Below are positions 37,451-44,150 of a stretch of 45,509 nucleotides of DNA, one piece after another (position 1 is the stretch's first letter; each line of letters opens with the position of its first letter). The notes under the pieces are model-generated. The model was not told where the DNA came from, ran no database searches, and worked only from the letters and a program-made list of their open reading frames with translations. The stretch lies in sequence record OZ035793.1, one strand, 5' to 3'. A program made the position numbers and the translations under genes. The stretch comes from Veterinaerplatzvirus T145P1.

Positions 37451-37566
37451 TAATTGTTCTTAATCCACTTTAGACACATCCACAATCCAGCCCCATAGAA
37501 TGCAATCTTGAGAACTTCAGCTAAGACAAGGATAATAAAGTATCCACCACCAAGTAAATCAATCAT
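37450..37566 (-). CDS. small membrane peptide (38 aa)
   Basis: Not in ORF track; ATGA overlap with upstream stop; hydrophobic core; stop abuts the promoter palindrome. Confidence 0.35.
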   Translation of the reverse strand: MIDLLGGGYFIILVLAEVLKIAFYGAGLWMCLKWIKNN

Positions 37567-37802
37567 TTTTTAATCTCCATTTCCACAATTTCATAACTTA
37601 TGTAATTATTTATCATTCCAATAAGTGATTTTGGGTATGTCTTCATATGCTTCTTGGCGGAATCTTCATCAAGATGTGCTGATATGTTGTGAAAATTGTA
37701 TTCATAATCCATGCCAATTAGTATGTATATCTTATCGTGAGCATTAATGAAGTTATTTGATTTTATTTCCCCAAGCGACCAGCCCTTTCCTTTTCTAATC
37801 AT
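37563..37802 (-). CDS. hypothetical protein
   Basis: ORF-track ORF; overlaps upstream gene. Confidence 0.5.
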   Translation of the reverse strand: MIRKGKGWSLGEIKSNNFINAHDKIYILIGMDYEYNFHNISAHLDEDSAKKHMKTYPKSLIGMINNYISYEIVEMEIKK

Positions 37803-38152
37803 TTGTATTGAGCCTCAAATCTGTAGTCGCCGCAGATTGTAATAAATCCAACCTCATCATCCCTTAAAAGCTGCCAAGCATTACCCTCTTTATCGTAAAT
37901 GCATCCAGCGCGCTGCCCAAGTCCAGCATGGAGATCTACTTGATATCGCTTACCTTCAGTAAAGTATTTTCGAATAGATGAGCGATGATTGACCTTTGTG
38001 CAATAAATTGTCTTTGTCTTAATATACTTTCCGCGCTCTTCCAGGTTAATCCATTTGCCATCTTTCTTGATTTGCTCTACACCATCTTTTACTCGGGCTT
38101 TGTAGAGTACGTTTTCGTTGCTGATCCAGTTTTTAGTAATCGTAGTAGTCAT
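37799..38152 (-). CDS. hypothetical protein
   Basis: Own promoter element 38187-38235 with CATCGAAACGA leader. Confidence 0.55.
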   Translation of the reverse strand: MTTTITKNWISNENVLYKARVKDGVEQIKKDGKWINLEERGKYIKTKTIYCTKVNHRSSIRKYFTEGKRYQVDLHAGLGQRAGCIYDKEGNAWQLLRDDEVGFITICGDYRFEAQYK

Positions 38153-38186
38153 TTTGTTTTCCTTTGTGTCTTTCGTTTCGATGGGA

Positions 38187-38235
38187 TAACTATACAGGAA
38201 AAGCCCCGAATGGCTTTAGCGATTAGTGCTATTTA
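38187..38235 (-). promoter_or_regulatory. composite promoter element (- strand)
   Basis: - strand AAATAGCACTAATCGCTAAAG, 22 bp, TATAGTTA, CCCATCGAAACGA. Confidence 0.55.
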
Positions 38236-38467
38236 TTGCCTTTCGCCCAAGTGGTGTTATCGCTACCTTATACCAAGTTCCAATTTCTGGATTATTTACA
38301 TTATATGCCAGATCTACATAGCCTAGCCGAAATAGTTTTGGTATACACCTGGATGAATTGCCAGAATCTCGAATCCTTCCTCGACTAAAGTCATAACTTA
38401 TTTGATGAATTTCTCCATTTTGAATGCAGTGGAGGGTTTTTATTGCAGTTTCAGAAATTTTAATCAT
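38216..38467 (-). CDS. hypothetical protein
   Basis: ORF-track ORF; stop overlaps promoter palindrome. Confidence 0.5.
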   Translation of the reverse strand: MIKISETAIKTLHCIQNGEIHQISYDFSRGRIRDSGNSSRCIPKLFRLGYVDLAYNVNNPEIGTWYKVAITPLGRKAINSTNR

Positions 38468-38631
38468 TTATGTTCACCATTAATATTCTTTGCTTTTTCT
38501 ATCGCCTTGAGCATAATCTCGTGACTTTCCAGTAAGTCCTCTCGGAACCAATCTCCACAAGGCCAGCCTTTTCCGCTATAGGCACTTATGACCTCGAGAT
38601 CGAAATAATTTATCTCAGATGGTAATAGCAT
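38464..38631 (-). CDS. hypothetical small protein (55 aa)
   Basis: Not in ORF track; RBS gaggtg; overlapping start/stop with neighbours. Confidence 0.4.
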   Translation of the reverse strand: MLLPSEINYFDLEVISAYSGKGWPCGDWFREDLLESHEIMLKAIEKAKNINGEHK

Positions 38632-38873
38632 CACTTCACCTCATCAAAAGTTGCAATCCCAGGAATAAACATCCCAACCTTCCAGCCTGCAATGGCAATC
38701 CATCCAGAATCGTGCTTGTGCGGTCGCTCAGCGCCATTAATCACCCATTCGTTCGGGATTGTCTTGCCGTTAATGATTAGAGGCTCAGCGTCGTATACAG
38801 AGCCTTTAACGAATGGTGTTAAGGCTTTCTTGTCAGTGCTATTGATAACGTTAGTGCAGATTATTTTAGTCAT
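38631..38873 (-). CDS. hypothetical protein
   Basis: ORF-track ORF. Confidence 0.5.
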   Translation of the reverse strand: MTKIICTNVINSTDKKALTPFVKGSVYDAEPLIINGKTIPNEWVINGAERPHKHDSGWIAIAGWKVGMFIPGIATFDEVK

Positions 38874-39057
38874 TTACAACCTCGTACTCACCTTTATAAA
38901 CAGCGACCTCTTTATTCACATTGTTGACAATCACTGCTAAACAAAGAGCACCCAAATATTTTACCACTTCGTACTCGCAGCCAAGCGTCAGACCATAGTC
39001 CTCACATGAACGTCCACTGCAATCTAAATCTTCGAATTTAACTAACTTAATTTTCAT
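38866..39057 (-). CDS. hypothetical protein
   Basis: ORF-track ORF. Confidence 0.45.
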   Translation of the reverse strand: MKIKLVKFEDLDCSGRSCEDYGLTLGCEYEVVKYLGALCLAVIVNNVNKEVAVYKGEYEVVND

Positions 39058-39067
39058 ATCTCAATCC

Positions 39068-39247
39068 TCAAATAAATGGCAAGCATTCGACGCAGCCAAG
39101 CCCATCACAGCACATGAATTCATCTTCTGACTGGAATTGCTTTGCTAAATCAATGTCTAGCCTTCCGCTCACCACAAGGTCGGTGTAATCTTCATTAAGC
39201 CCAATCAGTGCGCACTCGTTACGTAACTCATCTTTATTCTTTTTCAT
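39068..39247 (-). CDS. hypothetical Cys-rich small protein (59 aa)
   Basis: Not in ORF track; ATGA overlap with upstream gene; C-terminal CCDGLGCVEC. Confidence 0.4.
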   Translation of the reverse strand: MKKNKDELRNECALIGLNEDYTDLVVSGRLDIDLAKQFQSEDEFMCCDGLGCVECLPFI

Positions 39248-39411
39248 TTATCCTGGCCTTTTAAATTATAACGCTCTCTCAGAACTTCAACCCATTCTTG
39301 CGCGTCATTCTCTCTCATGAAGAAACTTAAATTTGGGTACTTGTGAAACCCTTTAAGTTCAACTACCCAATGACCACCTTCGTAACTATAACTAACTTTC
39401 TTCTCTGTCAT
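39244..39411 (-). CDS. hypothetical small protein (55 aa)
   Basis: Not in ORF track; first ORF after the long - strand leader. Confidence 0.4.
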   Translation of the reverse strand: MTEKKVSYSYEGGHWVVELKGFHKYPNLSFFMRENDAQEWVEVLRERYNLKGQDK

Positions 39412-39622
39412 TTTGTTACCTTTTGAGTTTTTTTATTATCGACATCTCTTCAACGTACTCGCTACAACTCGGGATTTTACTCCCGGCCCGGCATCCTAAC
39501 AAAAGGACCCGATCGGCGCTTTGGTGGGTGAGGTAACGCTTCCTCACATTGCGCGGTAGTATTTACTCCTTTTGGTCTCTTTCGAGAGTGACTCAGAGTC
39601 TGCTACCGTGTCGATGAGATTA

Positions 39623-39668
39623 AGTATACGCATAGTTAGCCACACTGTCTTTAGCAAAAAGTGCTATT
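39623..39668 (-). promoter_or_regulatory. composite promoter element (- strand, start of long leader)
   Basis: - strand AATAGCACTTTTTGCTAAAG, 23 bp, TATACT, then TCATCGACACGG. Confidence 0.45.
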
Positions 39669-39682
39669 CGTTAGATTTATGT

Positions 39683-39777
39683 ATTGTTGCAGATATTGCA
39701 ATGATTCACTTGATTATTGCACATACAGCAATATTGCTTCCGATGCAATGATGTTTTTGATTGTTGCGAAAAGTGAA
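39683..39777. repeat. nested direct repeats around a central dyad (candidate iteron/operator array)
   Basis: ATTGTTGC at both ends, TGCAATGAT twice inside, central perfect palindrome GCAATATTGC. Confidence 0.6.
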
Positions 39778-39952
39778 ATTAAGTGGTGAGTGAGTGAATG
39801 AAAGATGGATGGACTACCATACAAGTTGATTTTTACCAATCTATGGGAGCCTCACGGATATACGCGTATCCTCCGTATACTCAGTGTCGTCACAAAAGTT
39901 AGTGACCACTAACCTACGTTTTTACGCGATATATACACACGATATACAATAT

Positions 39953-40021
39953 AATATCTATATATATCAACCTTTTACTTTATTATTATTATTATTATTA
40001 TATATATGTATACTGTGTATA
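39953..40021. repeat. AT-rich long direct repeat copy B with (TTA)7 tract
   Basis: Same sequence as 20691-20750 except the microsatellite length and 3 substitutions. Confidence 0.85.
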
Positions 40022-40227
40022 CCGGTAATTGGTGAGATTATTGATATGTTCCGCGCAGATATTCTGACACCTGTCAGAAATGGATGGCATTGTAGGAATA
40101 AAAGGCACATATATAGGGAATGGCTTCAAAAATCTGTACACATCGGATACGGCACATTTACAACCAGCAATGGAGGGGCCTCTGGAGGTAAAAAGCGTAT
40201 CCATGATAAAATAGACGAAAATATACA

Positions 40228-40256
40228 TTGACCGACACGTAAATAGATGGCAATAT
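40228..40256 (+). promoter_or_regulatory. sigma70-like promoter TTGACC-17-CAATAT
   Basis: Canonical spacing; leader CACTGAAACGAAG; upstream of gene 40297. Confidence 0.5.
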
Positions 40257-40296
40257 AGCAGTCACTGAAACGAAGTAAAACAAACGAGGTATCAAC

Positions 40297-40845
40297 ATGC
40301 AGAAAGTAACACTAGGTGAAGTTATCCGTGAGATGGTGCGCAACGCGATGGTGTCCGAGAGTGGTGAGTTTAAAGTTCCGGTTAGCCAGATATTCAAACT
40401 GGTTCGAGGCAAGGAATACCCTGAAATGGTGTATGACGAAGAGACTAGTGAGATCCTCAACCTGGCAGATAGGGCGATGCCGGAACTAAAGAACTCATAC
40501 ATCTATAACACAGTGTCGAGAATGACAGAGCTTCGCGATGCTAATAAGCGAGCGAGATATAAGTTCATCTGGATTGATGATGACGGAGAGCAAACAAGGC
40601 CCGGTAGCTTCGACGGTGATGGCGCTGATAAATACCTGGTCATATACATTGAGAACGGCGCGCACTGGACTGGGAGTCGCGAAAAGAAAAAGCAGGAAGC
40701 GGAGAAAGAGGCGGCTATCATTGAAAAGTTCAAGTCTAGACTGCTCAAGCTGTCACCAAGTGTTGCTGGCTTGGAAGGTGAAGAACTTAAGGGCGCTGTT
40801 ACAATGATTAATGCTTATCAGGAAATGATTAAGGAGACTAAGTAG
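40297..40845 (+). CDS. hypothetical protein
   Basis: 182 aa; RBS gagg; upstream sigma70-like promoter TTGACC-17-CAATAT at 40228-40256. Confidence 0.55.
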   Translation: MQKVTLGEVIREMVRNAMVSESGEFKVPVSQIFKLVRGKEYPEMVYDEETSEILNLADRAMPELKNSYIYNTVSRMTELRDANKRARYKFIWIDDDGEQTRPGSFDGDGADKYLVIYIENGAHWTGSREKKKQEAEKEAAIIEKFKSRLLKLSPSVAGLEGEELKGAVTMINAYQEMIKETK

Positions 40846-40934
40846 TAGACTACCATACCACTTGTGGTACAGCGAGGAAGAGGTTGAGGTGGCCATTGAG
40901 TTCTATAGGAAAGCTAAATCACTACTGAATGGTA

Positions 40935-40979
40935 AATAGCACTTTTTGCCTAACGCGGTAATGCCATGGATGGCATAAT
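40935..40979 (+). promoter_or_regulatory. composite promoter element
   Basis: AATAGCACTTTTTGCCTAA, 22 bp with hairpin ATGCCA-tgga-TGGCAT, CATAAT, CATCGAAACGA. Confidence 0.55.
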
Positions 40980-41017
40980 AGCCTCATCGAAACGAGATAC
41001 GTAAATGAGGATTTAAA

Positions 41018-41236
41018 ATGAGCAAGGCAATCACACTGCAATGCCTTAAGACAAATAACCCAGAGTTCTTAAAAGGTCACAAATATGTGGCAACCCTGGT
41101 GGATGGGAAAACATGGGCGGTTAAGGGTGGATTCCAGGATTACAAATTCCCACTTGAGCACATACCTGGCGGAAACCTTGGTTTTGTTAGTGACTGCCGC
41201 TCAGTTAAGTTTGTTTTTGAGGTTGTAATGAAATAG
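41018..41236 (+). CDS. hypothetical protein
   Basis: Promoter element 40935-40979 plus CATCGAAACGA leader. Confidence 0.55.
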   Translation: MSKAITLQCLKTNNPEFLKGHKYVATLVDGKTWAVKGGFQDYKFPLEHIPGGNLGFVSDCRSVKFVFEVVMK

Positions 41237-41282
41237 CAATAATTGCTAAATCTTCCGCAAGGCCATTTGATATAGTGGCCTT
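41231..41282 (+). promoter_or_regulatory. composite promoter element with -10 inside hairpin
   Basis: AAATAGCAATAATTGCTAAA, 22 bp, TATAGT; inverted repeat AAGGCCA...TGGCCTT (41259-41282) encloses the -10. Confidence 0.5.
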
Positions 41283-41317
41283 GTTGAAGCAAAACAACCA
41301 ATCACGAGGTATAAATT

Positions 41318-41545
41318 ATGGTTATCAATAGTGTTCGAATCTCTGACGACTACAACGAGCAGGCTGAGGTTCTTGTTTACAAAGTCTTCAATGTCGATCG
41401 GGATACAATGAAGGTTAAGCTCGACCTCAATCCTGATGACGAATCATATCCGTCAACATACATGCTGTACACGCCAGACCAGGCTCGCCAGTTAGCAGCG
41501 TATCTGATGGAAGCGGCCCACCGAGCTGATAAGGGGGTTTTATGA
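41318..41545 (+). CDS. hypothetical protein, paralog family member A
   Basis: Shares RI.D...QAEV ... NPDD ... Y.PD.AR.LAA with ORF 41790..41999. Confidence 0.55.
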   Translation: MVINSVRISDDYNEQAEVLVYKVFNVDRDTMKVKLDLNPDDESYPSTYMLYTPDQARQLAAYLMEAAHRADKGVL

Positions 41546-41757
41546 TTACCGATCGCAAGCTATTTAAAGACATGGAAGGCGACGACTGCTGGATTGACAC
41601 GATGACAAATTTCGGAGAGGTCACTGTTGAGATTGTAATTGACGATGACTCTGGAACCTTTCCCGTGCAAGATGCGGATACCGTACGCGCAATGGGTGAG
41701 CACTTAATCAAGATGGCTGACTACATGGAGAGCCAGGGGAAATTAGCTGTAAATTAA
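41542..41757 (+). CDS. hypothetical acidic protein
   Basis: ATGA coupling to upstream gene. Confidence 0.5.
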   Translation: MITDRKLFKDMEGDDCWIDTMTNFGEVTVEIVIDDDSGTFPVQDADTVRAMGEHLIKMADYMESQGKLAVN

Positions 41758-41789
41758 TCAAGATTCGCATTATCAATAACAACGAGGAA

Positions 41790-41999
41790 ATGAAGATGGA
41801 AAATATTCGTATTGAAGATGTTCACTTTGACCAAGCTGAGGTCGGAATCACAAAAAGCGTTCAAGGATACGTTGTTTATCTAGACTTCAATCCGGATGAC
41901 TACGGGGACGGCCAGATGCTGATGCACTACAGTCCTGATAAGGCGCGCAAATTGGCGGCAGCATTAATCCTGGCGGCGGAGGAGGTGGAGAAGCAATGA
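41790..41999 (+). CDS. hypothetical protein, paralog family member B
   Basis: Paralog of 41318..41545 by visible sequence similarity. Confidence 0.55.
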   Translation: MKMENIRIEDVHFDQAEVGITKSVQGYVVYLDFNPDDYGDGQMLMHYSPDKARKLAAALILAAEEVEKQ

Positions 42000-42256
42000 A
42001 ACGTTTAATGAAATGCATGACTATTATTGCGGCAATGATTGCTCTTACTGGTTGCGAGAAGGCACCTGAGGTTCAGATTCAGTCAGGTGAATTCAATGTG
42101 GAGCGCCTATTCACAGTGGATGGATGTACCGCCTACCGATTCCGAGATAGCGATAGAGCCATCTACTACACAAATTGCAATGGCAGTACGCAGAGTGAGT
42201 ACAGGCACGGCAGGGCCATGAGACAAGAAACAGTTCAGACAGATCGCACTAATTGA
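41996..42256 (+). CDS. lipoprotein (second candidate exclusion/envelope protein)
   Basis: Signal peptide with lipobox LTGC, four Cys in mature part. Confidence 0.55.
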   Translation: MKRLMKCMTIIAAMIALTGCEKAPEVQIQSGEFNVERLFTVDGCTAYRFRDSDRAIYYTNCNGSTQSEYRHGRAMRQETVQTDRTN

Positions 42257-42290
42257 TAAAAGGGGATCCATCCTGACTGGTATAATCCCC
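42244..42290 (+). promoter_or_regulatory. degenerate composite element with extended -10 in hairpin loop
   Basis: CGCACTAATTGATAAA, 22 bp, TGgTATAAT; stem GGGGAT...ATCCCC flanks the -10. Confidence 0.45.
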
Positions 42291-42439
42291 AGCATCAACC
42301 ACATGAATGGAAGTTAAGTGACGATATACGAACATAAATTCAGTAGCAGGGGTATTGATATGCTCCTGCGCTATGTAGACGAAAAATACGCAAATCTCAT
42401 GCTTAAGACGCATGGCGGCACAATAACGAGGATTGAGAT

Positions 42440-42769
42440 ATGAGTAAATACGATCGCAAGATTATTGGCATTGATGGCACAGTAACAACAGTAGATGTTT
42501 ATCGTGTTCTTGATGCGTTTGGCGTATCTGACCCAGCCACTCAGCATGCGGTAAAGAAGATGCTTTGCACTGGCCTGCGTGGACACAAGGATTACTTAAC
42601 TGACCTTAATGACTCCATTGAGTCACTACAGAAGGCTAAAGAGATTTACTGGCAGAAGATGATTCATGAATCCGATAAAATCACTGATTCAATTTTAAAT
42701 CCACCAAAAGAAGCGAGATTTAGTACTGCTAATGGTTCAGAATTCACTTTCGGAAAGGTTAGAGTCTAA
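42440..42769 (+). CDS. hypothetical protein
   Basis: RBS gagg; preceded by ~145-nt leader from a hairpin-embedded TGnTATAAT promoter. Confidence 0.5.
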   Translation: MSKYDRKIIGIDGTVTTVDVYRVLDAFGVSDPATQHAVKKMLCTGLRGHKDYLTDLNDSIESLQKAKEIYWQKMIHESDKITDSILNPPKEARFSTANGSEFTFGKVRV

Positions 42770-42813
42770 ATAGCACGAATTGCTAAACCCGCTCCTGCGG
42801 GTTTTGTTATAGT
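42768..42813 (+). promoter_or_regulatory. composite promoter element with terminator-like hairpin in spacer
   Basis: AAATAGCACGAATTGCTAAA, spacer contains CCCGC-tcct-GCGGG-TTTT, then TATAGTTA. Confidence 0.55.
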
Positions 42814-42841
42814 TAGTTCACACCAATCGAGAGGTAAGAAA

Positions 42842-42934
42842 ATGAAGCAATACACATCAAGCAATCACCATAACGGTCACATCATGCAGTTCTATCGCCA
42901 CAATCTGAAGACTAAGGGAGTGTTTGGAAAATGA
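42842..42934 (+). CDS. hypothetical small protein (30 aa)
   Basis: Not in ORF track; RBS gagagg; ATGA overlap with next gene. Confidence 0.3.
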   Translation: MKQYTSSNHHNGHIMQFYRHNLKTKGVFGK

Positions 42935-43149
42935 TTACAATTAACCTGTCAGAAAAGCAAGCAGCAGAACTCAAGTGCATGCTGTCAATCTTTGAGAAGA
43001 CAAATGACCGAGCAATTGCAAAAGAGGTCACGACTCAAATCAACAACCAGCAGTTCGACGTCAGTGACTTCGAGTCGTCACGGCAGTACGAAGCATTAAG
43101 CGTCAACGCTGCATACCTGGCTAACTGGGATAAGGCAACGAAGAAATGA
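42931..43149 (+). CDS. hypothetical protein
   Basis: ORF-track ORF. Confidence 0.5.
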   Translation: MITINLSEKQAAELKCMLSIFEKTNDRAIAKEVTTQINNQQFDVSDFESSRQYEALSVNAAYLANWDKATKK

Positions 43150-43283
43150 TTTACATCCACACGTACTACACTGGTAAGTCTAATAGCGTCAAACATGTCC
43201 GTGTTCACGATAACTACGAGAGCGCAAAAGCTCAATGGTTGGTTCTTGGTGGTGACATTAATTCATACAGAGTTGCTGAGTAG
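43146..43283 (+). CDS. hypothetical small protein (45 aa)
   Basis: Not in ORF track; ATGA overlap; its TAG stop begins a promoter palindrome. Confidence 0.35.
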   Translation: MIYIHTYYTGKSNSVKHVRVHDNYESAKAQWLVLGGDINSYRVAE

Positions 43284-43329
43284 CACTAATTGCTAAAACA
43301 GTATTGGGGTAATTTGTTATAGTTACCCC
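43281..43329 (+). promoter_or_regulatory. composite promoter element
   Basis: TAGCACTAATTGCTAAAA, 22 bp, TATAGTTA; stem GGGGTAA...TTACCCC spans the -10; CATCGAAACGA leader. Confidence 0.55.
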
Positions 43330-43353
43330 ATCGAAACGAGAGAGGAATAAGAA

Positions 43354-43533
43354 ATGACATTTCAACAAAGTGAGCCAAAGCTCCAGGCTAATCACTTCGA
43401 TGGTTATTCGACCTTTATCATTGCCCAGGCCTGCGGGATGCGTGACGAACCACAGGTTCACACAATTCACTTAACCGAAGAGCAGGCTCGAGAGATTGCT
43501 TACGAAATTCTTGAGCAATTGAACCGAATTTAA
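43354..43533 (+). CDS. hypothetical small protein (59 aa)
   Basis: Not in ORF track; promoter element 43281-43323 plus CATCGAAACGA leader, RBS gagagg. Confidence 0.45.
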   Translation: MTFQQSEPKLQANHFDGYSTFIIAQACGMRDEPQVHTIHLTEEQAREIAYEILEQLNRI

Positions 43534-43582
43534 CGCGACTAAAGCGCATTCTAACGAACGATAATTTAAGTAAGGTGATTCT

Positions 43583-43744
43583 ATGATTAAGATTGTTTAT
43601 GTTGGCGAGAGTGATTATGTGGCGCTCATTCAGCGTGGTGATGTGTTCTTCGCTGAGCTAAGTGAGGATGGAAAATATTACATTGTAAAGAATAAGAATG
43701 GCGAGGATATTTACCTATCAAAAGATGAGGTCATAGTTCACTGA
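43583..43744 (+). CDS. hypothetical small protein (53 aa)
   Basis: Not in ORF track; RBS aaggtg. Confidence 0.4.
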   Translation: MIKIVYVGESDYVALIQRGDVFFAELSEDGKYYIVKNKNGEDIYLSKDEVIVH

Positions 43745-43875
43745 TGGATAACTACGAATCACCAAGCCAGTGGGCCAAACGAATGCAGGACGAAGCCAAG
43801 ACTGGTGAAGAGGCGATGGCTTACTACGAGCTAGCGCAAATTTGGATGAAGCGGGAGGGCAAGAGCAATGATTAA
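43744..43875 (+). CDS. hypothetical small protein (43 aa)
   Basis: Not in ORF track; TGATG overlap coupling. Confidence 0.3.
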   Translation: MDNYESPSQWAKRMQDEAKTGEEAMAYYELAQIWMKREGKSND

Positions 43876-44020
43876 CACTTGCATTTATTTTTATGGCCAT
43901 GAATTTATTGATGACTTAATGTACTTTCACGAAAAGTATGGCGACACATTCGAATGCGATGGTGACAATCTTGAGGTTCTAGCGACATTCAATAGGGGTG
44001 GCAAAAATGAGTTTCACTGA
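43868..44020 (+). CDS. hypothetical small protein (50 aa)
   Basis: Not in ORF track; overlapping start. Confidence 0.3.
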   Translation: MINTCIYFYGHEFIDDLMYFHEKYGDTFECDGDNLEVLATFNRGGKNEFH

Positions 44021-44150
44021 ATATGTTATCGCATGTGAACGACTGGTCTTTGATATGAAGACTTTTCACTGGTTCATAATTAAGGATTTAGTTAAGCCTT
44101 ATAAGAAAGGTGTTATGCCAGAGCAGTTTGTTAAGTCGTTCTACAAATAG
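44007..44150 (+). CDS. hypothetical small protein (47 aa)
   Basis: Not in ORF track; ends at the TAG that starts a promoter palindrome. Confidence 0.3.
   Translation: MSFTEYVIACERLVFDMKTFHWFIIKDLVKPYKKGVMPEQFVKSFYK

Noticed and set aside
39884-40231. ORFs 39884..40231 (+) and 39998..40228 (-) in the ORF track
   Set aside because: They run through the (TTA)n microsatellite and AT-rich repeat (poly-Leu translation), lack an RBS, and lie in a regulatory intergenic region; almost certainly non-coding.
40846-40934. Possible 25-aa ORF with a TTG/GTG start ending at the TAG that begins the promoter palindrome
   Set aside because: No ATG and weak RBS spacing; cannot be supported from sequence alone.
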